This document shows positions 49,051-58,823 of a stretch of 64,000 bases of DNA, piece by piece; position 1 is the stretch's first letter; every line of letters begins with the position of its first letter. Both the position numbers and the translations under genes were made by a program. The stretch comes from an uncultured bacterium (GTDB lineage: Bacteria > Bacillota > Clostridia > Lachnospirales > Lachnospiraceae), in contig CAJMQE010000002.1 in assembly GCA_905215405.1 (NCBI GenBank), positions 26,681 to 90,680 of the forward strand, in the 5' to 3' direction. Under the pieces are notes generated by a model that was given only the letters and a program-made list of their open reading frames with translations, made no database searches and was not told the origin of the DNA.

Positions 49051-49998
49051 TTGGAGGATATAACCATTAACCGAGCAAAAAAGAAATTGTTACGACGTCT
49101 TTCTGGCGGCAGAATTGATCTGCAGGCTTCCAGAAAATTTGCAAATCTGAAGGCATTAGATCCATTACGCCCCTTTTACAAAACGATTGATTATAAAGTT
49201 GTCAGTCAGGATCACACAATTCCACTACGCATTTATTTTCCAACAGAAGAAGATATGCAAGAAGTCCGCAGTGAACTGGACATCCTTCTCTTCTTTCACG
49301 GCGGTGGCTGGATCAGTGAAAATATTGACAATTACAATAAAATCTGTGCCCGCATGGCCAGATATACGGACAGCATCGTTATTTCCGTGGAGTACCGTCT
49401 GGCTCCGGAACATCCATTTCCAGCCGGGCTGATTGACTGTTACACCGTAACACGTGCCCTGTGCACCAAAGGTCTCGGACTTGGATATGAGACCCATCCT
49501 GTGACACTGATCGGTGACAGTGCCGGCGGCAATCTGGCTGCAGCAGTTTCCCTGATGGCCCGTGACAAAAAAGAGTTCACACTTACCAGACAGATTCTGA
49601 TCTATCCGGTAACTGGCAACGATTATACTGCAGATTCACCATTTTCCTCTGTCCACGAAAACGGGACAGACTATCTGCTCACAGCACAGAAAATGCAGGA
49701 TTATGTGGATCTATACAAAAAAAGTCCTGCTGATCTTGCACATCCATATTTTTCACCACTGCAGGCTGTCGATTTGACCGAACAGCCTGACACCCTGCTG
49801 ATCACAGCTGAACTTGATCCTCTCAGAGATGAAGGAGAAGCCTATGGCATGAAGTTACAGAGTGCTGGCAATACTGTCTATATGCATCGTATACAGGGTG
49901 CCATGCATGGATATTTTGCTCTGGGTATACTGTCCTACCATGTAGATGAGACATTTACCCTGATCAACTCATTTTTAAGGGGGAATCACATTGAATAA
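49051..49998 (+). CDS. Alpha/beta hydrolase, HSL/Aes-type esterase
   Basis: Oxyanion HGGGW, nucleophile elbow GDSAGGN, DPLRDEG and HGYF. The apparent start is TTG with a weak RBS. Confidence 0.85.
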   Translation: MEDITINRAKKKLLRRLSGGRIDLQASRKFANLKALDPLRPFYKTIDYKVVSQDHTIPLRIYFPTEEDMQEVRSELDILLFFHGGGWISENIDNYNKICARMARYTDSIVISVEYRLAPEHPFPAGLIDCYTVTRALCTKGLGLGYETHPVTLIGDSAGGNLAAAVSLMARDKKEFTLTRQILIYPVTGNDYTADSPFSSVHENGTDYLLTAQKMQDYVDLYKKSPADLAHPYFSPLQAVDLTEQPDTLLITAELDPLRDEGEAYGMKLQSAGNTVYMHRIQGAMHGYFALGILSYHVDETFTLINSFLRGNHIE

Positions 49999-51826
49999 TC
50001 AGACCGGCAAAAATACTGGTAATGAATGGAGAAGCATCGATAATCCCGGTAAGATTTTTCCGGCTACCAGCAATAAAAAGGATACACGTGTATTTCGTGT
50101 GTATTGTGAATTAAATGAACCAGTGAACGCAGAGCTTCTACAGACCGCTCTTGATCAGGCCATGGAGACCTACCCTCTCTTTCAGTCTGTATTAAGAAAA
50201 GGATTCTTTTGGTTCTATTTTGAAAAAAGCGATCTGCGCCCTCTTGTAAAAGAGGAACAGAAGCCACCCTGCTCTAATATTTATATCCGGGACAAGAAAA
50301 GCCTTCTCTTTGAGGTGACTTATTATAAGAACCGCATCAGTTTTGAGACATTTCATGCCCTGACAGATGGTACAGGCGCTGTGGAATTTACCCGGGAACT
50401 GGTCAAAAATTATCTGTATCTTGCACACCAGGCCGATGGACTTGCAAATGTACCACTGCGGGACGAGACCACAACGAACAATGACTTTGAGACCGATAGT
50501 TTTGATAAATACTACGACAAAGCAGAGGCGCATAAAAATGCCCCAAAGGAAAAGCTTCCAAAAACTTATCAGCTCCATGGCCATATGCGCGAGCCGGGCG
50601 ATATGGGACTTAACCAGGCTGTATACAGCACTTCTGCCATGCTTACAAAAGCAAAGGAATTCAATGTATCTATTACAGTTCTTCTGACTGCTGCCCTGAT
50701 GTGTGCAATCGATGAGGAACGGAATATCCGGAACAAAAAACCGATTGGCATTATGATTCCTGTCAATCTGCGAAAATATATGAAATCCGATACCATGATG
50801 AACTTTTTTGGCTGGATCAGTCCACAATTTGACTTCCACCATGGTGAAAATACTTTTAAAGACGTGGTACAAAGCGTCCGTGAAAGCTTCGCAAAGAATC
50901 TGACCCGCGAAAGCGTGATGGACAAAATGAATACATTTGTGAAGATTGAAAAAAATCCATTTCTGCGTGGCATTCCACTGGAATTAAAGATTTTGTCCAT
51001 GAAACTGGCAGCCAGTGTTGCCTCCGGCGAAACAACCGCCGTCTATTCCAATGTCGGTGCCATTCGTATGCCTGATGGCTATGAAGCCTACATTGACCGA
51101 TTTGGTTTTTTCGTGAGTACGCCAAAGCTTCAACTATGTACCTGCTCCTTTGAAGATGAATTTACGGTCAGTTTTACTTCTGCACTGGCCAATGAAAATA
51201 TAGAAAGAAACTTTTACCGTATTTTAAAGGAGATCGGCCTCAGCAAAAAAGAAACTGTAACAGAATATCCCGAACAGAAAAAAGAACCTCTGAAAGGACT
51301 GCTATTTGTTAAGATCGTATCTTTTATCATACTCTCGCTCACCATTGGCACTATCGGTGTTAACCATGTATTTTCTCCACATATTCACTGGGCTACCTAC
51401 ACTGTACTTGGATGTATGTGCCTTTGGGCCATTACAATGCTATGTTACTTTAAGCGGAGAAATCTTTTGAAGATTACAATCTGGCAGCAAGTTCTGGTCA
51501 GTCTGATCTGCATTGTCTGGGATTTTGTGACCGGTTGGTCCGGATGGTCGCTTTCCCTCTCTCTACCGATTGTACAGGTCGTTGCACTTATCTCTCTGTT
51601 CATCGTCACTGTGAGCCAGCGGTTAAAGATTCGTGACAATCTGATCTATTTTATGATTACCAGCGTTCTGGGGCTGATTCCCTATATTCTGGTCCTGACT
51701 GGTGTCGTTAAATTTGCTGTTTTATCTGTTATCTGCTCCTTCATCTGTGTACTGGTGATTATTGCACTCCTGATATTCAGATGGAAAGATGTAAAGCATG
51801 AAATGCAGAAAAAATTTCATCTCTGA
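49991..51826 (+). CDS. HxxxD-type acyltransferase (condensation/alcohol-acetyltransferase-like) fused to a C-terminal 5-6 TM domain
   Basis: FHALTDGTGAVEF (HxxxDG) sits in a soluble domain of about 430 aa. Then come hydrophobic segments (LLFVKIVSFIILSLTIG..., ...YTVLGCMCLWAITMLCYF, ...LVSLICIVWDF..., ...IVQVVALISLFIVTV, ...MITSVLGLIPYILVL, ...VICSFICVLVIIALLIF). TTG start after AAGGGGG, overlapping the esterase by 8 nt. Confidence 0.7.
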   Translation: MNNQTGKNTGNEWRSIDNPGKIFPATSNKKDTRVFRVYCELNEPVNAELLQTALDQAMETYPLFQSVLRKGFFWFYFEKSDLRPLVKEEQKPPCSNIYIRDKKSLLFEVTYYKNRISFETFHALTDGTGAVEFTRELVKNYLYLAHQADGLANVPLRDETTTNNDFETDSFDKYYDKAEAHKNAPKEKLPKTYQLHGHMREPGDMGLNQAVYSTSAMLTKAKEFNVSITVLLTAALMCAIDEERNIRNKKPIGIMIPVNLRKYMKSDTMMNFFGWISPQFDFHHGENTFKDVVQSVRESFAKNLTRESVMDKMNTFVKIEKNPFLRGIPLELKILSMKLAASVASGETTAVYSNVGAIRMPDGYEAYIDRFGFFVSTPKLQLCTCSFEDEFTVSFTSALANENIERNFYRILKEIGLSKKETVTEYPEQKKEPLKGLLFVKIVSFIILSLTIGTIGVNHVFSPHIHWATYTVLGCMCLWAITMLCYFKRRNLLKITIWQQVLVSLICIVWDFVTGWSGWSLSLSLPIVQVVALISLFIVTVSQRLKIRDNLIYFMITSVLGLIPYILVLTGVVKFAVLSVICSFICVLVIIALLIFRWKDVKHEMQKKFHL

Positions 51827-51841
51827 TCAAAAAATCTGATC

Positions 51842-51929
51842 AAAAAAGAGTAGTACTGCCTGCGCTGCCTCCAAAAACAGACTTCACATCTGACTTTTGG
51901 TAGCAGCACAGTGCCGCCTACTCTTTTTC
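51842..51929. terminator. Long imperfect bidirectional hairpin between the acyltransferase and ABC exporter genes
   Basis: AAAAAAGAGTAG...CTACTCTTTTT, with inner helices CTGCGCTGC/GCAGCACAG and CCAAAA/TTTTGG. Confidence 0.5.
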
Positions 51930-52109
51930 TATACTCATTTTTGTATTGTAATCTACATTTTTATGATTCACATAGTTTTGTTTTACATTGACTCTGATTT
52001 AAATATTTATTTTTTATGTCTTTGTAATTTAAATATTTATGATTTACGTTTGTTCCATATTCTCTTTACGATCTCATAATCTATACTATTTTTCCTATCA
52101 TGTAATACT

Positions 52110-53789
52110 TTACATTGCAACAACTCTGTCTGCCCTTGCAATTGTTGCTGGCCGATGGGCGATCATAATTGTTGTTCTGCCCTTTGCCATTCGATCGATT
52201 GCCTCCGATACCAGCTGTTCGGATTCATTATCCAATGCAGAGGTAGCCTCATCCAGCAGAAGAATCGGTGCATCTTTTAATACAGCTCTTGCAATTGCAA
52301 TTCTCTGCTTTTCACCACCCGAAAGACGATTTCCACGTTCTCCTGCAACAGTATCATAGCCCTGATCGAGCTTTTCAATGAAATCGTGCGCATTGGCAAC
52401 TTTTGCCGCTGCAATAATTTCTTCTCTTGTTGCTCCCGGTTTTCCATATGCGATATTATCTGCAATACTGACATCATACAGATATGGTTCCTGCGGAACA
52501 TATGCGATCAGATCCCTGATTTCATCCAGCGTCATACTGCCATATGCCTTTCCAGCAATCGAAATTGCCCCGCTCTGTGGTTCATAGAATCCAAGGAGGA
52601 TCTTAGCCAGTGTACTTTTACCACGTCCTGATTTTCCTGTGATTGCTACTGATTTTCCTTTTTCAATCGACAAAGAGAAATGATCGAGGACATTTCTACC
52701 CTCCTCATACGCAAAACAGATATCCTCAAATTCGATATATGCACTGCCCTTTGCTGCAGGAATCTTATATCTTTCAGGCTCCTGCTCCTGTTCCAAAAAG
52801 GCAAAAACACGGTCCGCATTTGCCAGACAGTTGGTCAATTCCGGTAGATACCGTCCTATTTGGAGGAAATTCCAGCTAAATGGTCCATACATGACATAGA
52901 TTGCTGTTAGCGAACTCAAGGATACCATGCCGATACTTGCAAAATACACACCGATCGCAAGGAACGTAAGGATACTTAACAGATCCAGACTCTCATTTAT
53001 TCCATCCAGAATTGCTGATAACCAGTTCTTTTTCTTCTGAATATTCAAATACTGCTCATTGCTGTCTCTGTATTTTTTAACCATCACCGGACCAAGATTA
53101 AAGATCTTGCAAAGCTCGATACCAGACAAAATGTTGGTCAGATTTTCTGTCATCGTTCCATTCTGTTTGGACAATTCTTTTCCAAGCTTTTTCATTGGTC
53201 TGACGAACAATGTATTAATGACCAACATCAGCATGCTGACCAGCATCAGCATTCCAGTCACTCTCCAGCTCAGTAAGAACATGGGAACTGCATAGACAAT
53301 GACTGCCAGGATTGGAGCTACCAGTCTTCTAAATCTAGAACCGTATACATCCCCTGCCCTCGCTGTATCAAAGATCAGTTTTGACATAAAATCACCTGTA
53401 TGATGATTCTCATAATAAGACATTGGCAGAAGCATCGCTTTTGAGAATACTTTTCTTTCAATTCCTGCAATTCCCCTTTTGGCTTCAATATTATAATGAA
53501 CGGTACCGGTCTTCCACAGAAGCAGTGAAACGACTCCCAGTGCAAAATTAACAATCAGAAGCTGTAACAGTCCCTGCGTACTTTTATTCTGTGCGAGCTG
53601 CATAATATCTTTCAACATATAGGATGCTATCACACCAAACAATGCCATTCCTACGGTCGATGCGACAATACTTAAAAGATAGACCCCTTCATACTTTCCA
53701 AGACTTCGCAACAGCTTTCGGAGCGTATTTCGCGAAGCGGTCGTATATCCATGTTTGCTTTCCTGTTTATTCATTTTCTGGCTGTTCAT
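52110..53789 (-). CDS. ABC exporter, fused permease/ATPase (MsbA/MdlB type), subunit 2
   Basis: Six-TM domain plus Walker A GKSGRGKST, signature LSGGEKQR and Walker B LLLDEATSALD. Confidence 0.92.
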   Translation of the reverse strand: MNSQKMNKQESKHGYTTASRNTLRKLLRSLGKYEGVYLLSIVASTVGMALFGVIASYMLKDIMQLAQNKSTQGLLQLLIVNFALGVVSLLLWKTGTVHYNIEAKRGIAGIERKVFSKAMLLPMSYYENHHTGDFMSKLIFDTARAGDVYGSRFRRLVAPILAVIVYAVPMFLLSWRVTGMLMLVSMLMLVINTLFVRPMKKLGKELSKQNGTMTENLTNILSGIELCKIFNLGPVMVKKYRDSNEQYLNIQKKKNWLSAILDGINESLDLLSILTFLAIGVYFASIGMVSLSSLTAIYVMYGPFSWNFLQIGRYLPELTNCLANADRVFAFLEQEQEPERYKIPAAKGSAYIEFEDICFAYEEGRNVLDHFSLSIEKGKSVAITGKSGRGKSTLAKILLGFYEPQSGAISIAGKAYGSMTLDEIRDLIAYVPQEPYLYDVSIADNIAYGKPGATREEIIAAAKVANAHDFIEKLDQGYDTVAGERGNRLSGGEKQRIAIARAVLKDAPILLLDEATSALDNESEQLVSEAIDRMAKGRTTIMIAHRPATIARADRVVAM

Positions 53790-55533
53790 CCTTCATCCCT
53801 CCATTCCTGCATTCCTTTCCATAGAGATCAGTATAGGCTCCATTTGCATGTAAAAGTTCTTCATGCGTACCTTTTTCCACGATCCTGCCTCCATCAAATA
53901 CAAAGATCGTATCTGCATCCTGAATGGTGTTAAGACGATGGGCAATAATAATGACCGTTCTGTCTTCCGAAATTCTGTCTATGGCCTCCTGAATCAGATT
54001 CTCCGTCTTGACATCGACTGCTGAAGTCGGTTCGTCCAAAAGTAGAATTGGTGCATTTTTTAAGAATGCCCTAGCAATAGAGATTCTCTGCCGTTCTCCA
54101 CCTGACAGACGAACACCACGCTCTCCGGCCATCGTATCATATCCGTCTGGAAGATTCATGATAAAATCGTGAATATTTGCCATTTTACAGGCAGTAATGA
54201 CATCTTCTCTGGTCGCTCCCTTTCTACCGTAAGCTACATTTGTAAGAATGGTGTCCGGGAACAAGAAAACATTCTGTGATACCAGTGCGAACTGTCTTCT
54301 TGCTGATTCCAGATTCCAATCCGTAAATTCTTTTCCAAAAAGTCGGTAACTCCCCTGCTGATACGGATAAAATCCACAGATAATACGAAATGCAGTGGAT
54401 TTCCCCTGTCCTGAACCACCAACAAATGCTGTCGTGCTTCCTTTTTTAATTGTAAAACCCAGATCTTTAAATATGTAATCCTGTTCCTGTGGCTCTGTTT
54501 TATCCTGCTTTGCATAGCTGAATGAAATATTTTCAAATGTTATAACATCTTCACAGGCAGTATCCTCTTTTTTCATCTCGTAAGAACCACTATGTTCATC
54601 GGGCTGTGCACAGATATCCTCAAGTCTTCTCATACTGACTCCGATTTCTCTGAAATCATTGATATAGTAAGGGAATTCACCGATTGAATGTGTCATTCTG
54701 TCGAGCAGAACAACGAATGCGATCATTTCACCAACTGTCAGATGTCCACTGATAATTTCAAGCAGTGCAAATACATAACAACAAATTGTCGGTATCCAGG
54801 AAATGACCTGCTCCATTACATAGGATGTCGTTGAAATCCGGGTTCTGGCCTCTTCATTTCTAAAGACCTCCTCAATGACTACAAACAATCTGTCCCTTAC
54901 GACCTGAAACAGATTATAACTTCTTCCTATAACGATCCCATTTATTCCATCATAGGCGATCTCTGTCCGTTCATCCAGTTTTCTTCTTCTCAGATCCGTT
55001 AGTTTCTGCAACTTATGTGAAACATAATTGACAATTGCGAACATCACAGGATAACAGATCAACACTAGCAGCGTCAGTCTGACATCCATAATGAACATGT
55101 ACACAGTCACAGCAAGAAATGTAATCATTCCAATAACAGTCTCCGGCATTGTCTCTGAAAACAGTCTTCCGACCTCATTGATATCGGATACCATTTTGTT
55201 AAGAACACTTCCTGAGCCTTCTTCATCAAAATATCGATACTCTATTCTAGTTATTTTGTCTGCTGCCTCGTTCTTAAAATCATTCTGAACCAGTACACTA
55301 AATGTATTCTTTGAAAAGTTTCTGATAAATGCTACCACAAACCCACCTGCAGACATTGCAAGCAACAGCAGTATGAACTTTTCAAATTCTACATTTTCAC
55401 CAGCCAATACCTGATCCACCACATCTGCAATCATTGCATTACCTCTGATCAAAAGATACGCCAGTGCGAGCGCAGAAATAACACAGCTTATGAACCATCC
55501 GCCATGCCTTTTTGCAATTTTCGTAAATTTCAT
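53767..55533 (-). CDS. ABC exporter, fused permease/ATPase (MsbA/MdlB type), subunit 1
   Basis: Six-TM domain plus Walker A GGSGQGKST, signature LSGGERQR and Walker B LLLDEPTSAVD. 23-nt overlap with subunit 2. Confidence 0.92.
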   Translation of the reverse strand: MKFTKIAKRHGGWFISCVISALALAYLLIRGNAMIADVVDQVLAGENVEFEKFILLLLAMSAGGFVVAFIRNFSKNTFSVLVQNDFKNEAADKITRIEYRYFDEEGSGSVLNKMVSDINEVGRLFSETMPETVIGMITFLAVTVYMFIMDVRLTLLVLICYPVMFAIVNYVSHKLQKLTDLRRRKLDERTEIAYDGINGIVIGRSYNLFQVVRDRLFVVIEEVFRNEEARTRISTTSYVMEQVISWIPTICCYVFALLEIISGHLTVGEMIAFVVLLDRMTHSIGEFPYYINDFREIGVSMRRLEDICAQPDEHSGSYEMKKEDTACEDVITFENISFSYAKQDKTEPQEQDYIFKDLGFTIKKGSTTAFVGGSGQGKSTAFRIICGFYPYQQGSYRLFGKEFTDWNLESARRQFALVSQNVFLFPDTILTNVAYGRKGATREDVITACKMANIHDFIMNLPDGYDTMAGERGVRLSGGERQRISIARAFLKNAPILLLDEPTSAVDVKTENLIQEAIDRISEDRTVIIIAHRLNTIQDADTIFVFDGGRIVEKGTHEELLHANGAYTDLYGKECRNGGMKDEQPENE

Positions 55534-55912
55534 GATCTGTCAATACCTCCATATTTTTTTCATCCCATAAACCCTGTATTTTAGTTGTCAAATACGCTCT
55601 CCTATGCTATAAATGCAGCATTTTTCCGCACATTTAACTCATATCATATAATACCTTTAGTAAAATGCCTCTAAAGGCATAGTTAAATTGTACTTCCTGG
55701 CTGAAACAATTACAACAAAAAACAGGCTGCTTATGTAATTTTTTCCATCATAGATACATTTTCAGAGTTTGTTCCTCCTGACAACTGTGATGGTTTCATT
55801 TAACATAAGTAACCTGTTATTGTTGAAAATCCCATAAAAAAAGACCTGTTCTTAGAGATTTCATTTTTATATAAGTAGCTTGTTGTTCTCACCCATATGG
55901 AAAGTTCACTCC

Positions 55913-57064
55913 CTATGCGAACATTTTTTTAATTTCTTCCTGTGCAGCCTGAAGCTGTCCCTGAATCATAGCCTGGCTTCCGCCACCTCTTGCATTGAAC
56001 TTCTCTTTTAATTGGTTTCCAAGTTCTCTTGCATCCAGCTTGCTGCTTCCAATAATATACCGATAGCCATCTGCATCATTTCCACTAAAGACACCACAGA
56101 ATCCATCATACTTTTCAGTCAGACTATTTACTGCATTTCGCATAACAGCGGCATCGATCTCTGTATCAAAAAGACAGACATTTGTCAGATCATCTGGCAA
56201 CTGACTGAGCTTATCATTCATAGCTGCCTCCTTTAACTGACCCATTTCCTGCTTCATGACACCCATATCCTTCTGCAGTTTTTCAACCGCCTCGACAATG
56301 GTATCTGCCTTGGCTGAAAGATCTGTTGAAATCTTCGCAACCATGTTCTGCTTGCTTCTGAAGTCTTCCAATGCTCTCTTACCACAAAGAATGCTGATTC
56401 TGACTCCGCCTTTATATTTCTGCCATGCTACAACTTTAAGAATACCAATTTCACCTGTCAGTGCAACATGTGGAGCACAGCAGGCACATACATCATATCC
56501 TTCGATCTTAACGATTCTGACCTGACCTTTTATTTCGATCTTGCTTCTGTAATCAAGCGTCTTCAATTCTTCCTTTGTCGGATAGAGAATACTGATCTTC
56601 CTATTCTCATAAATTGCCTGATTCGTTTCCATCTCCACATCATCTATATCCTGCTGTGTCATTGGGCCATTCAGATCCAGTGTCACGACATCACTTCCCA
56701 TATGAAAGCCGACGTTGTCATAGCCAAATTTTCTGTGAATGATTCCCGAAAGAATATGTTCTCCTGAATGCTGCTGCATATTGGAAAAACGAAGTTCCCA
56801 ATCGATTTTCCCGCTGACTGTACTGCCAACTGCAATTGGTTTTAAGACTGTATGATATACAATGTCATTCTTTACCTGTACATCCTGCACCTGTTGTTCA
56901 TCCAGCGTTCCCCTGTCGGCACCCTGTCCACCACCTTCTGGGAAAAATGCAGTCTGATCAAGTACGACCTCATAATGATCCTCTTTTTTAGAACACTCCA
57001 GCACTTCCGCACTAAACTCTTTTTTATATGCATCATTTTCGTATAGTTTTACTGTATTTTTCAA
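55913..57064 (-). CDS. alaX: Alanyl-tRNA editing protein AlaX-L (editing domain plus DHHA1-like C-terminus)
   Basis: Zinc motifs HSGEHILSG and CCAPHV, plus C-terminal ...ARGGGSQAMIQG. TTG start after AAAGGAG. Confidence 0.85.
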   Translation of the reverse strand: MKNTVKLYENDAYKKEFSAEVLECSKKEDHYEVVLDQTAFFPEGGGQGADRGTLDEQQVQDVQVKNDIVYHTVLKPIAVGSTVSGKIDWELRFSNMQQHSGEHILSGIIHRKFGYDNVGFHMGSDVVTLDLNGPMTQQDIDDVEMETNQAIYENRKISILYPTKEELKTLDYRSKIEIKGQVRIVKIEGYDVCACCAPHVALTGEIGILKVVAWQKYKGGVRISILCGKRALEDFRSKQNMVAKISTDLSAKADTIVEAVEKLQKDMGVMKQEMGQLKEAAMNDKLSQLPDDLTNVCLFDTEIDAAVMRNAVNSLTEKYDGFCGVFSGNDADGYRYIIGSSKLDARELGNQLKEKFNARGGGSQAMIQGQLQAAQEEIKKMFA

Positions 57065-57127
57065 TTTTTGTCTCCTTTTTATATGCTTATAAAATCTGAT
57101 AGATTTCTTATTTATAAATTTGAAATA

Positions 57128-57180
57128 TCTATTCTACATGTCTATTCTACATGTCTATTCTGCATTATCTACTCTGCATT
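57128..57180. repeat. Degenerate 13-bp tandem repeat, about 4 copies
   Basis: TCTATTCTACATG twice in perfect copies (57128 and 57141), followed by diverged copies. Confidence 0.6.
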
Positions 57181-57455
57181 ATTTACACTGTTAGATCGTC
57201 TATGTATTATGCACTCCGTACTCATCATAGCATATCCCAGTGTGTTTGTTAATGTCGTTTTCCCCTCTTCTAGCCGGTTTCCATGCTTTTTACACTGCGT
57301 ATGTTTCAACCATTTTTGAAATAGTTTATAAAATTAAGAAAAGGCCTTTCTTATAAGAACTTATGAAAGTATAAGTTCTAAAGAAAAGCCTTTCAAGCTC
57401 TTATTCTTTCCTATTAGAAAGAATCATTTTCTATCGTTTAAATGTACACACACTT

Positions 57456-58463
57456 CTATCGAATACAAACATATACCATGTATCCAATATAAAGAAGGAA
57501 AATAATACAACCTTCGATTCTGTTCACATTCTTCTTTGTAAATGCACAGACATACATAAATGCACTTGTAATTGCAAGGAAGATCAGGTCATATACATTT
57601 GCCATAGTTACGCCGACTGGATTACACAATGCGGACAGTGCCAGTACAAAAAGGATATTGAAAATACAGGATCCCATGATATTACCAAGTGCGAGATCAT
57701 TTTCCCCTTTCTTCATGGCTACAAGAGAAGTTACCAGTTCAGGCAGTGAAGTACCTGCTGCAACAATTGTCAGACCGATCAGTGTCTGGCTCAGTCCAAA
57801 AGATGCAGCTATTTCAGATGCACTGTCTACGACCATATCTCCACCAAACATAATGGCAACTGCGCCACCTACAATATAAAGAAGGCTCATTGGAACACTG
57901 AGTACTTTAATCTCACCATCCATTTCTTCGTCTTCTTTCGCAAGATCTGCTTTCTTTCTGTCTTTCAGTGTAAATTTCACAAGAATGAACATATAGATTG
58001 CAAAAATGACCATCAGGATCACACCATCAATTCGGCTAACTTTACCTACCAGTTCTGAACCGGAAAATGTAATCTTTTCTGCGAATCCACTGCCAAATAC
58101 TGTATCCAGGCACATGAGCAGCAAGATCACTCCAGATCCAATTGCAAATGGAAAATCTCTTTTCAATGTTGCATGATCAACTTTCATCCCCTGAATGATT
58201 GCACAGATTCCGCCTATGACCAGCAGATTGAACAGATTGGATCCGATGACATTGCTGACTGCAATTTCGTTATTGCCTGCAATTCCTGCCGAAACACTGA
58301 CTGCCAGTTCCGGCGCACTTGTTCCCATTGCAACAATTGTTAGACCAATAATAATGGATGGAATTCTCAAAAGTTTTGCAACTGAGGAACTTCCTTCTAC
58401 AAAGAAATCGGCACCTTTGATCAGCAGTACAAAACCGATTAATAATAATACATACTTTAACAT
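57456..58463 (-). CDS. CaCA-family cation/Ca2+ antiporter (YrbG-like)
   Basis: Two internal alpha-repeats (GTSAPELAVSV... and GTSLPELVTSL...), about 10 TMs and an acidic central loop. Confidence 0.9.
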   Translation of the reverse strand: MLKYVLLLIGFVLLIKGADFFVEGSSSVAKLLRIPSIIIGLTIVAMGTSAPELAVSVSAGIAGNNEIAVSNVIGSNLFNLLVIGGICAIIQGMKVDHATLKRDFPFAIGSGVILLLMCLDTVFGSGFAEKITFSGSELVGKVSRIDGVILMVIFAIYMFILVKFTLKDRKKADLAKEDEEMDGEIKVLSVPMSLLYIVGGAVAIMFGGDMVVDSASEIAASFGLSQTLIGLTIVAAGTSLPELVTSLVAMKKGENDLALGNIMGSCIFNILFVLALSALCNPVGVTMANVYDLIFLAITSAFMYVCAFTKKNVNRIEGCIIFLLYIGYMVYVCIR

Positions 58464-58571
58464 CTTTTTCTCCTTTTTTCGTTTGTTCGTTTCCTTAGAT
58501 TATGATTGCCTACCAGCATTTTCATGCAAAAAAATAAGAAGCCTCTTCTTTCATTGCATCAAAATAACGCA

Positions 58572-58705
58572 ATAAAAGTCTTGCTTCTTCGTAAACGATA
58601 CGGACGACCCAGCCGGTCTTACCAGCTAAATCTGTCGTGATGACGACATCGCATAATATGTTGCCCACAAAACTGGGTCAGAACATACAAGCTACTCCCT
58701 TTTAT
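58572..58705 (-). promoter_or_regulatory. yybP-ykoY-like (Mn2+-type) riboswitch candidate in the antiporter leader
   Basis: The minus-strand RNA reads AUAAAAG-GGAGUAGC ... CAACAUAU ... AGCAAGAC-UUUUAU. The two hallmark conserved strands (GGGAGUAG and AGCAAGAC) are flanked by a closing helix AUAAAAG/CUUUUAU. A short hairpin AAGAAG-AGG-CUUCUU plus U7 follows at 58530-58552. Confidence 0.55.
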
Positions 58706-58823
58706 CCTAAAGAAGATTATATTAAAATCCTGCGCTCCTGTCAATGATTAATCATCTATATACTTCACATTTTGTCTATCTTTTATGCATATACTACATC
58801 AAGACGTAATCACTGGAGGTATC

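Noticed and set aside
50192-50872. Long antisense ORFs (226 aa at 50192-50872; also 25709-26317, 19883-20488, 32757-33260, 2685-3179 and 40107-40595)
   Set aside because: Each lies wholly inside, and antisense to, a well-supported gene with clear family motifs. The translations are low-complexity or motif-free and lack an RBS. These are typical shadow ORFs.
58465-58823. Glycine or amino-acid riboswitch upstream of the AGCS symporter
   Set aside because: I found no glycine-riboswitch-like conserved strands on the plus strand. The structured, conserved-looking element reads sensibly only on the minus strand, as the antiporter leader.
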